The position numbers and the translations under genes are program-made. A model generated the notes under the pieces. The model did no database searches, was not told where the DNA came from, and worked only from the letters and a program-made list of their open reading frames with translations. From the IMG/VR virus record IMGVR_UViG_3300005859_000002, positions 1 through 40,729 of that record: a stretch of DNA of 40,729 nt. One strand, 5' to 3'. This document shows positions 8,985 to 18,712 of this stretch, piece by piece (position 1 is the first letter of the stretch; each line of letters starts with the position of its first letter).

Positions 8985-9683
8985 ATGCAGAAGCAATTAT
9001 TAGAAAAAATAAGACAAAATCCTTATTTTTCAGTTGAAAAATTTGATGAAACTGAATTTAATAAGTTACCTGAAGAAAATAAAAGAATAGATTACGGCGT
9101 AACTTATCAAAATTTTGATAAAAATACAGGCTGTCTTAATTGGCTAATTTACAATAATACTTCATTTGATTATGATTTTGTGTTAGTTAGAGGAACTCCT
9201 CTTGTAAAACCTTACGCATTTTTGAATTTTTATACTGAAGTATACAAAGCATTTGAAATCATCAATTTTATAACTAGTGATAATAGACATTTAGATTATA
9301 ACTACGATAATCCGTACAGAGTTGCATTAGTTCAAGATTCAAAAAATAATGTAAATTATGCAGGAGTTTTCTACGTTCCTGCAAAAAAGAAATTAGTGTT
9401 AGAAGAGTGTGGATTTTCTGAACCTAACAATTTACCTAATTTCTATGAAATTTTTCCAGCATTTCCAGAAAAAACATATGAATATTTTGTCGAATATAAC
9501 CCAGTTGAAATAGCTTTATACACTATGGAAACTGGAATTCCAGTATTAAATGCACCATTTCCAATATATCTCCAAGAAGTTGAAAAATATACAGTTGATC
9601 ATAAAATACCTTTTGCTAATCCTAGAAATTTTATAACTGCAAATTGGCTAAAGAAAAAGATATTTAGATATCTAGGGATTTAA
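8985..9683 (+). CDS. Hypothetical protein
   Basis: Long ORF; start moved to MQKQ at 8985, downstream of a TATA-GTC motif near 8955. Confidence 0.75.
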   Translation: MQKQLLEKIRQNPYFSVEKFDETEFNKLPEENKRIDYGVTYQNFDKNTGCLNWLIYNNTSFDYDFVLVRGTPLVKPYAFLNFYTEVYKAFEIINFITSDNRHLDYNYDNPYRVALVQDSKNNVNYAGVFYVPAKKKLVLEECGFSEPNNLPNFYEIFPAFPEKTYEYFVEYNPVEIALYTMETGIPVLNAPFPIYLQEVEKYTVDHKIPFANPRNFITANWLKKKIFRYLGI

Positions 9684-9685
9684 TA

Positions 9686-10252
9686 ATGCTAACTAAATAT
9701 TTGTTTTTTAAGGTAATATTTATTGTTATTTTTTCAATTATTTATGCATTTGTTGAAGTTAAAACACCGTTCTATTATTACATTAATATTTATATTTATC
9801 GTATAATTTATTTTATTTTATTTTTTACAATTTCTTTAGTCCCAAGTATTAAATTAACTTTTTCACTTTTTTTCTATAGCATGTCACTAGAAGACATATT
9901 TTATTGGTTTTTTGATAATAAATTACCAGTTTCTTATTGTTGGTATTATCCAGTTTTTTATCATATCCCAATTGTTGATATTATTGAAATTTTAATTGCA
10001 ACTATTTTATTAAAGTTTAAAACTTCTAATTTTAGAATTCAAGAGTTTCATAATTCAGAATCTTGTGGTATGTGGTATTATTTTACTCATGGGAAAACTC
10101 ATGATTTATATGGTCTTTTAATTCTAATTCTATTTAACATAATTTTGTATTTTACAACTAATATTTCTCTAGTTAAGTTTATCTCAATTGCTGATATTAT
10201 AATATCTGTTGCGATATTTGTAGATTTATGGAGTCATTGTTTTCATCATTAG
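9686..10252 (+). CDS. Polytopic membrane protein
   Basis: 188 aa with several hydrophobic segments; coupled to the upstream ORF. Confidence 0.75.
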   Translation: MLTKYLFFKVIFIVIFSIIYAFVEVKTPFYYYINIYIYRIIYFILFFTISLVPSIKLTFSLFFYSMSLEDIFYWFFDNKLPVSYCWYYPVFYHIPIVDIIEILIATILLKFKTSNFRIQEFHNSESCGMWYYFTHGKTHDLYGLLILILFNIILYFTTNISLVKFISIADIIISVAIFVDLWSHCFHH

Positions 10253-10333
10253 ATATTTATTTAGAAATAGAATCTATAGAAAAAATCTATATATATAAAT
10301 ATGTCATAATGAGTAAGTTTAAGTTAGATAAAA

Positions 10334-10501
10334 ATGTCAGGAGAAATATTAGAAAAAAGCAAAAAGGAAAAGGTTGTTTTTGGGATTAATATAGATAAGG
10401 AACTAAAAACCAAATTAAAAGTATATTGTGCAAATAATAACATAACAATGACAGAAGCGATAGAAGAAGCACTTACTGAATATTTACAGAAAAGGCAATA
10501 A
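10334..10501 (+). CDS. svtR: RHH transcriptional regulator SvtR; not in ORF track
   Basis: Hand translation MSGEILEKSKKEKVVFGINIDKELKTKLKVYCANNNITMTEAIEEALTEYLQKRQ, closely matching remembered SIRV1 ORF56b. Confidence 0.92.
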   Translation: MSGEILEKSKKEKVVFGINIDKELKTKLKVYCANNNITMTEAIEEALTEYLQKRQ

Positions 10502-10503
10502 AA

Positions 10504-10689
10504 ATGTATGTAATGTCAATTAAAGTTGATGAGAAATTTTTAGACGAAATTGACAAATACGCAGTAAATCATAGATTATACAGATCTGAAGTAGTAAGAT
10601 TAGCTCTAACTGAATTTCTAGATAAGCATAAAGAAGATAAAGAAATTGATCAGAGTACAGTAGAAAAAATTAGATTAAAAGAATATTAA
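10504..10689 (+). CDS. Ribbon-helix-helix regulator
   Basis: VMSIKVDEKFLDEIDKYA...RSEVVRLAL; paralogue of 4896-5087. Confidence 0.88.
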   Translation: MYVMSIKVDEKFLDEIDKYAVNHRLYRSEVVRLALTEFLDKHKEDKEIDQSTVEKIRLKEY

Positions 10690-10717
10690 ATAAAAAAAGT
10701 TATTATTTTTTTTCTTT

Positions 10718-11272
10718 CTAACTTGTGTACATTGCTCTTACATTTTTCTCTTTCTGAGTTTCGAATTTTGGAATTGTAACATTATTCTGTCCTTGATATT
10801 TTCCGTTATACGGCTTTTCGACTGGAGTTACTGTTTTTGCGAAAATTAAGTGTAGAAATCTTTCGCCAGTTCTTAATTTAACTGGAAATTCTGAGCCTAC
10901 AATTTCTATAGTTAGTTGCCCCTTAAATCCTGCATCTACAATCGTAGGAGGAATAAATAGCCCTAATCTCGCATAAGTAGAACGTAAATTGACAAAAGCC
11001 ATAACATCATTTGGCAATTCTATATTTTCCATTGTTGTCATTAGCACATGTTCATGCGGAAAAACTATGAAATGATCTGAATCTATCACAGTATAGAAAT
11101 CTTCAATTTTTTCTCCAACTTCAAAAACTTTGTCAATTTTTGATAATAAAGCAAATTGTCTGCCAATTCTTAAGTCAATTCCATTTTCTCTTACTATTTC
11201 TTCAGAAAAAGGATTAATTTTTATCAGATCTTTTTCCAAATAATATTTTAAATCTCTATCACTTAGAATCAT
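10718..11272 (-). CDS. dut: dUTPase / dCTP deaminase family protein
   Basis: MILSDRD start, [34 protein letters not shown]. Confidence 0.93.
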   Translation of the reverse strand: MILSDRDLKYYLEKDLIKINPFSEEIVRENGIDLRIGRQFALLSKIDKVFEVGEKIEDFYTVIDSDHFIVFPHEHVLMTTMENIELPNDVMAFVNLRSTYARLGLFIPPTIVDAGFKGQLTIEIVGSEFPVKLRTGERFLHLIFAKTVTPVEKPYNGKYQGQNNVTIPKFETQKEKNVRAMYTS

Positions 11273-11315
11273 ATTCTTTCTATTTAAAAAAAGAAAATAT
11301 GACAAATATATTTTC

Positions 11316-11483
11316 TCAGTTCTTACCTTGAGATTTAGTTGTAATTATTTCTATAGCAGTATCATTTATAATTTTATATATTTTGCCGTTACATAAAATA
11401 AAATAATCCCCATTATCAAAAATTATTTTACTTTTATCATAATTTTCTAGATTTTTTGAATCTAAATCTTTTTGTTCTTTCAT
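11316..11483 (-). CDS. Small hypothetical protein; not in ORF track
   Basis: 55 aa [10 protein letters not shown]...SQGKN with TATAAATTTGTCATG promoter upstream. Confidence 0.6.
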   Translation of the reverse strand: MKEQKDLDSKNLENYDKSKIIFDNGDYFILCNGKIYKIINDTAIEIITTKSQGKN

Positions 11484-11521
11484 GATTATAACTTTCTATA
11501 ACATGACAAATTTATACGCAG

Positions 11522-11764
11522 TTAATTTTTCCTTTTTAATCTTTTAATTTCATCTTTTAGATCATCAATTTCGTTGTAAATATCAGCAAAAATACTAAAC
11601 ATTTCTTCATATATTAATGCAAAAATTCCAGATATAAAAACCGCTAATATTATGGCTTCTAATATATTTTTTGATAAAATTTCTAATGTAAAAACTACAA
11701 AAGCTGGGAATATAAAAGTTAGGAAAGCTAAAAAGACAATTATTTTACCTCATGTTCTACCCAT
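11522..11764 (-). pseudogene. Membrane/coiled-coil protein gene with in-frame TGA at codon 5
   Basis: ATG GGT AGA ACA TGA GGT AAA ATA... then open to TAA at 11522-11524; promoter and GTGA RBS upstream. Confidence 0.6.
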
Positions 11765-11819
11765 TTTTTCACATTTTTATTTTTCATTTTGTGACAAATT
11801 TATGAGTATCTATTTTAAG

Positions 11820-11930
11820 TTATTTAGATTTATTTTCAATTATTTTAATTACTTCTTCAAACAATTCTTTTAATTCGTTAAAATCATCAAATTCAATAAA
11901 AATATCTTCCCTGTTTTTTATAGTCCTCAT
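11820..11930 (-). CDS. Possible 36-aa protein
   Basis: MRTIKNREDIFIEFDDFNELKELFEEVIKIIENKSK; TATA-like sequence upstream. Confidence 0.4.
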   Translation of the reverse strand: MRTIKNREDIFIEFDDFNELKELFEEVIKIIENKSK

Positions 11931-11986
11931 AAGTATATTTTAGCTATTATTTAATTTAAAAACTTTATATTTTCCTTAACTTTGAA

Positions 11987-12286
11987 TTAATGAATTTCAT
12001 TATTGTTTCTTCCACAAATAACTACAATATTAAACATATTCCTATTATATCTCCAATTTGCAGATATATATTGAGGATATCGAAAAGTCTTTATTATATA
12101 TCTTAAAATTCCAATTCCTCTTTTTTCATAAAATTTTATTGATGAATTCATTACAATTTTAATACTTACTATATTATTATCTTCTAAAACTAAATAATCA
12201 TAAAGATTATCAGGATAACGTATTTTTAACCATTTAAATAATTGTATTGTATATTTTCTACATTCGTTAGTCACTAGATTATCCAT
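11987..12286 (-). CDS. Hypothetical protein
   Basis: 99 aa, divergent from the MCP gene; GTCAT motif upstream. Confidence 0.75.
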   Translation of the reverse strand: MDNLVTNECRKYTIQLFKWLKIRYPDNLYDYLVLEDNNIVSIKIVMNSSIKFYEKRGIGILRYIIKTFRYPQYISANWRYNRNMFNIVVICGRNNNEIH

Positions 12287-12522
12287 AATTTAAATATAAA
12301 GAAATGACAACTAAATATTTTTTTCATATTTTTCGCATAGTAGTATAATTATCAATTTATTCTAAGAGTTATATATTTATTCTTAACTCATGATATATAT
12401 AATATTATGAATATGACTTTGTTTCTTAGAAAAAGAGCAATAAGAACAATAAATATACATTATATTTTGAATTAGCCGTGTAAATTTTTAATTACATAAT
12501 TAAAAATAATAATAGAGGAAAA

Positions 12523-12927
12523 ATGGCAAAAGGACACACACCCAGGTCATATAGTCAAAGATATGCTAAATGGAGTGCAAAGTTCACTGCATTTAGTAAT
12601 CCTACCGTCTCTAGCACCATATTAACAAATGTAGCTCCAGTAGCTCAAGAAAATTTCCAAACTAATGTACCTAAATTCACTGCAGTAAGTGAACAAGTAT
12701 CTTCAGTACTTTCAGAATATGGTATCACTGGACCCAATAGAGCAATATACCAAGGCTATGGATTAAAAGTTGCTAGAGCATTAAATAGAGTTGGCGGAGG
12801 ACCCGCATTAGTAAATATGATAAATGGACTAAAGGCATATTATATCTCTGCATTTAACGCTAATCCAACTGTTCTCGATGCAGTGACAAATATAATAACT
12901 GGATCTCCAACTGGATACGTAAGCTAA
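12523..12927 (+). CDS. Major capsid protein (SIRV ORF134)
   Basis: MAKGHTPRSYSQRYAKW...GITGPNRAIYQGYGLKVARALNR...GSPTGYVS. Confidence 0.98.
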   Translation: MAKGHTPRSYSQRYAKWSAKFTAFSNPTVSSTILTNVAPVAQENFQTNVPKFTAVSEQVSSVLSEYGITGPNRAIYQGYGLKVARALNRVGGGPALVNMINGLKAYYISAFNANPTVLDAVTNIITGSPTGYVS

Positions 12928-13074
12928 AACTAAATAGAATATCTTTAAAGCTATTTTATTTTTTTTCTTTTTTTATTCTTAGACTGTTTTTAGAATTCTT
13001 CTATTATAATTTAATAATTAACTAGTTGAAATTAGCAGTTTAAAAAAAATCAATTTTAACTTTTTAGCTTGAAA

Positions 13075-13245
13075 TTAATTACTATCTTCCGATTCAGTTT
13101 CAAGATATTCATATGTTTTAGCACTTATTCTTTTTACATCTCTCATTTTTATATTCGGGTGATGTTTTCTAAGATGATACATTATACTTCTTCTATTTTT
13201 GAATATTTTTTCACATACTGGGCATTCAAATAAAACTAGCCCCAT
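13075..13245 (-). CDS. C2H2 zinc-finger protein; not in ORF track
   Basis: Hand translation MGLVLFECPVCEKIFKNRRSIMYHLRKHHP... (56 aa). Confidence 0.85.
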   Translation of the reverse strand: MGLVLFECPVCEKIFKNRRSIMYHLRKHHPNIKMRDVKRISAKTYEYLETESEDSN

Positions 13246-13281
13246 GATATTTTTTATTTGTCATGACGCTAAAAAATCATT

Positions 13282-14298
13282 ATGGAAACTGTAATTTTAA
13301 CTATGAATTATTCATCAATTAGGAACGTTTCAGAAGATATAGCTCAAGTTCTAAGAGAAAATGGAGAAAAAGTAACAATTTCAACAAATCCATTTTTAGT
13401 CCCAGAATCTGATAAATTAATTATTTTTATGCCATTTCATCCATCTTCACTAAATCCTTATTTATACAAATTTAGAGAATTTAAAGGTAAGAAGTATTTT
13501 TATACTACATGTGACGGAATTCCTAACTTAGAAATTGTAAATAAGTATCTATTGGAAAATGTAACATTTATTCCGAATTCAAAGTTTTCAGCTAAGAATT
13601 TACAAGAAGTTGGTCTAAATGTCGATTTACCCGTTTTCCACGGGGTAAATTTTGAAATTGTGGAAAAAGCAGAACAATTATCTCAACAGATGAAGCAGAA
13701 ATTAGATGCTGATTTTCCAAATATTGTAAAATTTGGAATAGTTTCAGGATTAACTAAAAGAAAAAATATGGAGCTGATGCTAAAAGTTTTTCAGGAGATA
13801 AATACTAAAATTCCAGACCTAGCTAAGAAAATCCACTTTTTCGTTATTTCTCATAAGCAATTTAAAGATTTCGAGGTTCCAGGGAATGTACATTTTGTTT
13901 CAGAATTTGGACTAAATCCTAGAGAATACATTTTTGCGTTCTATCGCTCAATGGATTTTGTAATTGTTCCATCGGGGACTGAAGGATTTGGACTTCCAGT
14001 TCTTGAGTCAATGACAATGGGAACTCCAGTAATTCATCAACTAATGCCTCCGTTAGATGAATTTACATCTTGGCAATGGAACCTTTTGATAAAATCATCA
14101 GAGATTGAAGAATATTATGACAAAGATCACGGTCAAAAATGGAGAATTCATAAATTCGATATTCAAGATATGATAAATGCAATAATTATAGCTTCGGAAT
14201 TACAAGACAGAGATGAGAGAAGTAGAAATTTGAAAGATCTAGCTAAGAAATATGATATCAATAATTTATATGTCAGATTCTTAGATAATGATGAGTAA
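13282..14298 (+). CDS. GT-B (GT4) glycosyltransferase
   Basis: RKN and PSGTEGFGLPVLES (Ex7E) motifs. Confidence 0.93.
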   Translation: METVILTMNYSSIRNVSEDIAQVLRENGEKVTISTNPFLVPESDKLIIFMPFHPSSLNPYLYKFREFKGKKYFYTTCDGIPNLEIVNKYLLENVTFIPNSKFSAKNLQEVGLNVDLPVFHGVNFEIVEKAEQLSQQMKQKLDADFPNIVKFGIVSGLTKRKNMELMLKVFQEINTKIPDLAKKIHFFVISHKQFKDFEVPGNVHFVSEFGLNPREYIFAFYRSMDFVIVPSGTEGFGLPVLESMTMGTPVIHQLMPPLDEFTSWQWNLLIKSSEIEEYYDKDHGQKWRIHKFDIQDMINAIIIASELQDRDERSRNLKDLAKKYDINNLYVRFLDNDE

Positions 14299-14551
14299 AA
14301 TGGTTCAGCCTAGTTTAATTGAAATAAAAAATACGACAAATGAACAATATTTATGCAGTGACTGTAATAAAACATTACTTCAAGTTCAAAATAATTCAGT
14401 TAAAAATTTTCAAGATTGTGAACATTTTCATATTTCTAAAGTGCTTAAATATTTCTATTTACCGTCAATTTTTAGAAAACCTCAATTTATTTTAAAAGAT
14501 GGGAATTATTATTACTTATTTTTTTCAAAAATTAAAGATCAAAATAACTAG
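14288..14551 (+). CDS. Small putative metal-binding protein
   Basis: CSDC and CEHFH motifs. Confidence 0.7.
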   Translation: MMSKMVQPSLIEIKNTTNEQYLCSDCNKTLLQVQNNSVKNFQDCEHFHISKVLKYFYLPSIFRKPQFILKDGNYYYLFFSKIKDQNN

Positions 14552-14628
14552 TATTACTGCAATAATTGAAAGGATCGATAAATCGAGATATATATATTCG
14601 TCATAAAGCATATGTTAGAAGTGAGAAC

Positions 14629-14754
14629 ATGACGGAAAAAATAGTTAATTGTAAAAATTCTGAAGAATATTTTTTTATATCTGAGGGTAAATTATCAGTT
14701 AAGGCTAGTTTAGACTTATGCGGGAAGCTAAAATTTGAAATTAAGGCGAATTAA
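14629..14754 (+). CDS. Small hypothetical protein
   Basis: Start moved to MTEK after TATA-GTCATA and GTGA RBS. Confidence 0.5.
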   Translation: MTEKIVNCKNSEEYFFISEGKLSVKASLDLCGKLKFEIKAN

Positions 14755-14757
14755 AAA

Positions 14758-14901
14758 ATGCCAAATGAGATTATAATTGAATGCAAAGGTCTTTCGACTT
14801 TTCATATAAATGAAAACGATAGAGAGTTACTAAAAAGAATAATAAAAATATGCGAAGACTATGACGTAGAAGTTAAATATTATCTTTCAGTGGTGAAATA
14901 A
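14758..14901 (+). CDS. Small hypothetical protein; not in ORF track
   Basis: 47 aa MPNEIIIECK...YLSVVK filling the gap between coupled ORFs. Confidence 0.55.
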   Translation: MPNEIIIECKGLSTFHINENDRELLKRIIKICEDYDVEVKYYLSVVK

Positions 14902-15213
14902 ATGCCTAAATACTATTATTGCTATATTTGTAAAAATAGATTTTCTGGAGAGAAGAAATTCAGAAAACATGCATCTATACATTACATTGCAGAGAAATGT
15001 CCATATTGTGGAATGAAAACTAGGAGATTTTCAACTCATTTTGCTTTATATCATATTAATGCTAATAAAAGACTAATATTACTTAGGGATTTAGCGAAAT
15101 TATGCAAAGAAGCAGGTACTGTAAATATTTTAAAGCAGAAAGATTTAGATTTAGGAATAAATATAGATAAAAGTCTAATAGACAGAATAAGAGTACTTAT
15201 GAAAAAGGTATAA
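14902..15213 (+). CDS. Double C2H2 zinc-finger protein
   Basis: CYIC...HASIH and CPYC...HFALYH. Confidence 0.85.
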   Translation: MPKYYYCYICKNRFSGEKKFRKHASIHYIAEKCPYCGMKTRRFSTHFALYHINANKRLILLRDLAKLCKEAGTVNILKQKDLDLGINIDKSLIDRIRVLMKKV

Positions 15214-15278
15214 TCTTTTTTTCTTTTTTCGAGTATTTTATATTTGTCATATTACATGTTTTTATTAAAGGTGTAAAA

Positions 15279-15602
15279 ATGGAAAACGTAAAGGATTATG
15301 AGTTAGATGATCTAGATGTAGCAATAATTCTTGCTATAGGCAAAAAGTGGAATTCTAATAGAAAAACTCAAAAAATAGCTTTAGAGATTTCTAAACTACT
15401 AGGTCTAAAGATAGAATGTATAGACAGCTACTGTGAAGACATAGTAGAAAGACTAAACTCTGGTTCTAGAATGCCATTCTGGGTAAAAATGAATTATAGA
15501 TATATGCTAACAAAATTAGGAAGAATCGCATATGATTTTTTAGTACAAAAATTAAAAGAGAAAAAAAGGGAAGATATCTTAAAAATATTAAATCTAGCTT
15601 AG
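15279..15602 (+). CDS. Putative winged-helix protein
   Basis: LDDLDVAIIL...YMLTKLGR pattern; TATA-GTCAT promoter. Confidence 0.65.
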   Translation: MENVKDYELDDLDVAIILAIGKKWNSNRKTQKIALEISKLLGLKIECIDSYCEDIVERLNSGSRMPFWVKMNYRYMLTKLGRIAYDFLVQKLKEKKREDILKILNLA

Positions 15603-15631
15603 ATAATATTTTTTTCTTCTTATTTTGTTTT

Positions 15632-15856
15632 TTAAGACTTCTTATCTTTCGTAATTTTATGTAACATTATATCTATTTCTGTATTTACATCAGAAATAGT
15701 ATTTTTCATACTCAGTAATAATGTCATTAAGTCGTCATTACTTAGTAATGTATTATTTGATATTTCTTCAGATACTTCGTATAACCATTTAACGAATAAT
15801 TTAATTCTTATTATACTTATATCGTTTTCCATTTTTTCACTTACATAAAAACTCAT
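15632..15856 (-). CDS. Hypothetical helical protein
   Basis: 74-aa ORF. Confidence 0.6.
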   Translation of the reverse strand: MSFYVSEKMENDISIIRIKLFVKWLYEVSEEISNNTLLSNDDLMTLLLSMKNTISDVNTEIDIMLHKITKDKKS

Positions 15857-15886
15857 AGTATGACAGATATAAAATATTCTAAATTA

Positions 15887-16108
15887 TTATTCTAATTTCT
15901 TTTTCAGTTCTTCAACTTGTTTAGCCAATTCTTTTTGATTTATTTTCAGCTCCTCAATTTCTTCCTTCAAACTTTGTAATTGTGAATTTACAATTTCCTT
16001 AACTGCATCTTTTAGAGCTTGCTTTATCTTTAAGTAAAGTTGAGCAATTGCAAATATTGTAGTTGCAAATGTAGAGATTATAGTTAAAATGAGTGTATAT
16101 TCACTCAT
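15887..16108 (-). CDS. Membrane-anchored coiled-coil protein
   Basis: N-terminal TM then heptads; start probably MSEY at 16108. Confidence 0.75.
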   Translation of the reverse strand: MSEYTLILTIISTFATTIFAIAQLYLKIKQALKDAVKEIVNSQLQSLKEEIEELKINQKELAKQVEELKKKLE

Positions 16109-16469
16109 CTTCTTCGCCTTTATCATTATTATCTTCATCTGTTATATTATTATACATTGTATCAGCTTTTTGAAAATTTGATGTAGGATAAACAACACGC
16201 ATATCATCTATGAAAATTTGTTTAGTTTTTTCATCTTTTATTATCGCAAATTGGAAATAAAATGGAAATTCAGGAATATAAACATCAACTAATAATGGAT
16301 AATCTATTGTTTTCATTACAATAACTGAATTTGGAAGATAGCGTGAAAAGCCGTATATCTGTCCTCTATTTTCTAATTCTCTAATTTTGTCAATTGCTAT
16401 TCTAACAATTCCAAATATGTTTTGAAATGGATCTATTTGCGAATTATTCTGAATTTGAGAGCGTGACAT
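16101..16469 (-). CDS. Conserved rudiviral hypothetical protein
   Basis: 122 aa with acidic tail. Confidence 0.75.
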   Translation of the reverse strand: MSRSQIQNNSQIDPFQNIFGIVRIAIDKIRELENRGQIYGFSRYLPNSVIVMKTIDYPLLVDVYIPEFPFYFQFAIIKDEKTKQIFIDDMRVVYPTSNFQKADTMYNNITDEDNNDKGEEDE

Positions 16470-16618
16470 AAATATAATTTCTCAGTTTGAAGATAAAAAC
16501 AAATCACGCCTAACATGATATATACATAATATAATGTATATCACTGTGTTAGTTAGAACGATAAACATGATAGAAAGATTTATATATTTCGAAATCGAGT
16601 TATATATAGGCGAAAAAG

Positions 16619-16807
16619 ATGAGATGTAGAAAACAAAGCTCAAAGAAAAATTCAAGAAAAGAAATCGACGTAGAGAACGATCCGTTATTTAGAAGAGCTT
16701 TCCTTGACGACCCTGAATACAGGGCAGTTTTAGTGAAGATGAAAGTAAAGGAAGACAAAGATATGGAAAAAGTTACAGATGAGCTAGCAAAGCTCTTTCA
16801 AGAGTGA
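16619..16807 (+). CDS. Small protein under early-type promoter
   Basis: GAAAGATTTATATA at about 16573-16586, GGCGA RBS, T-rich terminator. Confidence 0.65.
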   Translation: MRCRKQSSKKNSRKEIDVENDPLFRRAFLDDPEYRAVLVKMKVKEDKDMEKVTDELAKLFQE

Positions 16808-16942
16808 ATTTTATTTTTTATTTTTCTATTTTCAATTCTTCTTCTATCACTATGCCTAATTTTTCTCATTTATCAAATACTATTTCTAATTGTTTTGAAA
16901 AAGAACATGAAAGATTTACTTATTTAACTAATTAGAAGTAGA

Positions 16943-17087
16943 TAAATTCAAAGGTGATTTCATATATATATTATAATATGTATATCTCTATGTCTGTCTT
17001 AATCAGCAAAGAGTAATTGAGAAATTTACTTTTTCTAAAAAACTGAACAACTTAAATTCAAAGGTGATTTCATATATATATTATAAT
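16943..17087. repeat. Two identical 35-bp direct repeats, 110-bp period
   Basis: TAAATTCAAAGGTGATTTCATATATATATTATAAT at 16943-16977 and 17053-17087. Confidence 0.9.
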
Positions 17088-17103
17088 GTATACCTCTCTA
17101 TCT

Positions 17104-17289
17104 TCACTTGCAGATTATTTCTTGAATTTTCTTTTTATCTATTTTATTAGAAATATAGAACTTCTCGTCGCAATTACAAGGTTCATCATAAAATATTTTT
17201 ATTTTTTTATATACTGGTTCTCCATATACTATGTCTATTTTCGGATGACATGGCTCATCATACCAGATTTTTTTCTTTTTAGTATACAT
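17104..17289 (-). CDS. Small protein with three 12-aa repeats
   Basis: KKKIWYDEPCHP / KIDIVYGEPVYK / KIKIFYDEPCNC; GAGGG RBS. Confidence 0.65.
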   Translation of the reverse strand: MYTKKKKIWYDEPCHPKIDIVYGEPVYKKIKIFYDEPCNCDEKFYISNKIDKKKIQEIICK

Positions 17290-17302
17290 TTTCCCTCATT
17301 AT

Positions 17303-18712
17303 TTATCTATTTGCTATATTATTAAAGTTTTTATAATAGAAAATTGTCTTATACTGTTTCGCTTTAGCACCTTTTTGAGCCAGCTTTAATCTATTTTCAA
17401 TTTTAGCTTGTCCTTGAATTTTCTCTCCATATTCTTGAGCAAATTGTAAATCTGCATTTGATAAGCCGTAGAATGCCCATTTAGTTTTCCAGTAATTTAG
17501 GAAATCAGGATATGAAAGCGTTCTTTTTCCTGAATTATAACTATAGTTTTGTTGATACGGATATCTTGCAATTTCCAAAATTGCACTAGCTACCATTTTT
17601 GCATACCATAAATTAGAATATTTCTTATTTACAAGTTGTTGTATATGTAGAAATTGTTGATATGTAACTGCATAATTCTCAATTTCTGAACTATAAGTAA
17701 TATTTTGTCCACCTGGTGAAGGATCGTAAAGATGCATCTTAAATAGATTTCCAAATATTGAAATTACAGTTTTATCTGCTGTTAAAATTGCGACTAAATC
17801 TAATTCATTAACTTTATTTGGATTGAATTCAGGAATTAGAATAGCAAGATCTAGAGGGGTATAATCTAAAATCATTCCGAATATATTAGCGAAATTTTGG
17901 AGAATCATATTATTTTTTAATTGTACTTTATAAGTTGGATTTTCCTCAATCTCAGGATCTAAAACACAACGATCTAACCAACCTACGTCTAATGCAAAAC
18001 CGCTATTAATTATTTCATTTAAGTTGGGAATAAATGCAACTATGAATTTTGCTAAATCTGGAAGTTGATTATAGTTTAAATTTAACGCGTTTAATAAATC
18101 TTCAACACCTGTATTTTGAACATTTGATATTGAATAATTATCAACACTAGGAATATTAGTTTTCCCAACACCTAAAGTTTGTAAATTAAGAGCTATATTT
18201 GAATAACTTAAAGTATTGAAATATTGTTCTATTTTTTTACATGCTTGATTTCTATTAATTATTGTATTCGCTGGTTGATAAACTGAAAGATCGAAATAAG
18301 TTTCATCAAAAACTGCAGGTTGATACAGAACACTACAAAGATCTACATAATTATCATATTCTTGCGTAAAACTATTAATTGCTTGAATTCCTGAAGTTTG
18401 TCCAAAAATTGAACTTTGTCCTAATTGTAGAAAATTAAACGAATTAGTTTGAGGATTAAATTTTGAAATTGCTAAATTGTTTAATCCTGATAAAAGAGCT
18501 GAAATAATTGAAGCGTATGCAATTCCATAATTTGTGTTTAAGCCTGGTGGAATTTCAATATTTTCAAGTGGAGTTGGCAGAACTGACTCAACTCCTGCAT
18601 TGAACATTGAAGAAAAAGCTGGGAATGTTTTTCTGCTAATTGTTTTATGATATAAGTGGTATTTCATTGAAGCGATTGATCGTTTTCCAACACTCTTCCC
18701 CATATTTCTCAT
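17303..18712 (-). CDS. Minor virion protein (SIRV2 ORF488-like)
   Basis: Size, position, AVFDETYFDLSVY and LDVGWLDR motifs. Confidence 0.82.
   Translation of the reverse strand: MRNMGKSVGKRSIASMKYHLYHKTISRKTFPAFSSMFNAGVESVLPTPLENIEIPPGLNTNYGIAYASIISALLSGLNNLAISKFNPQTNSFNFLQLGQSSIFGQTSGIQAINSFTQEYDNYVDLCSVLYQPAVFDETYFDLSVYQPANTIINRNQACKKIEQYFNTLSYSNIALNLQTLGVGKTNIPSVDNYSISNVQNTGVEDLLNALNLNYNQLPDLAKFIVAFIPNLNEIINSGFALDVGWLDRCVLDPEIEENPTYKVQLKNNMILQNFANIFGMILDYTPLDLAILIPEFNPNKVNELDLVAILTADKTVISIFGNLFKMHLYDPSPGGQNITYSSEIENYAVTYQQFLHIQQLVNKKYSNLWYAKMVASAILEIARYPYQQNYSYNSGKRTLSYPDFLNYWKTKWAFYGLSNADLQFAQEYGEKIQGQAKIENRLKLAQKGAKAKQYKTIFYYKNFNNIANR

Noticed and set aside
11652-11873. 73-aa plus-strand ORF
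   Set aside because: Antisense to the interrupted membrane gene, which has the promoter and RBS.
14548-14572. Intergenic ...TACTGCAATAATTGAAAG resembling a solitary CRISPR repeat
   Set aside because: Only the 3' handle matches Sulfolobales repeats well, and AATTGAAAG also occurs inside genes (about 8121, 23827) in this AT-rich genome. Alignment to host repeats would be needed to revive it.
16943-17087. 35-bp repeat pair as a mini-CRISPR array
   Set aside because: The 75-bp gap is too long, flanks are also similar, and there is no ATTGAAAG/C end.
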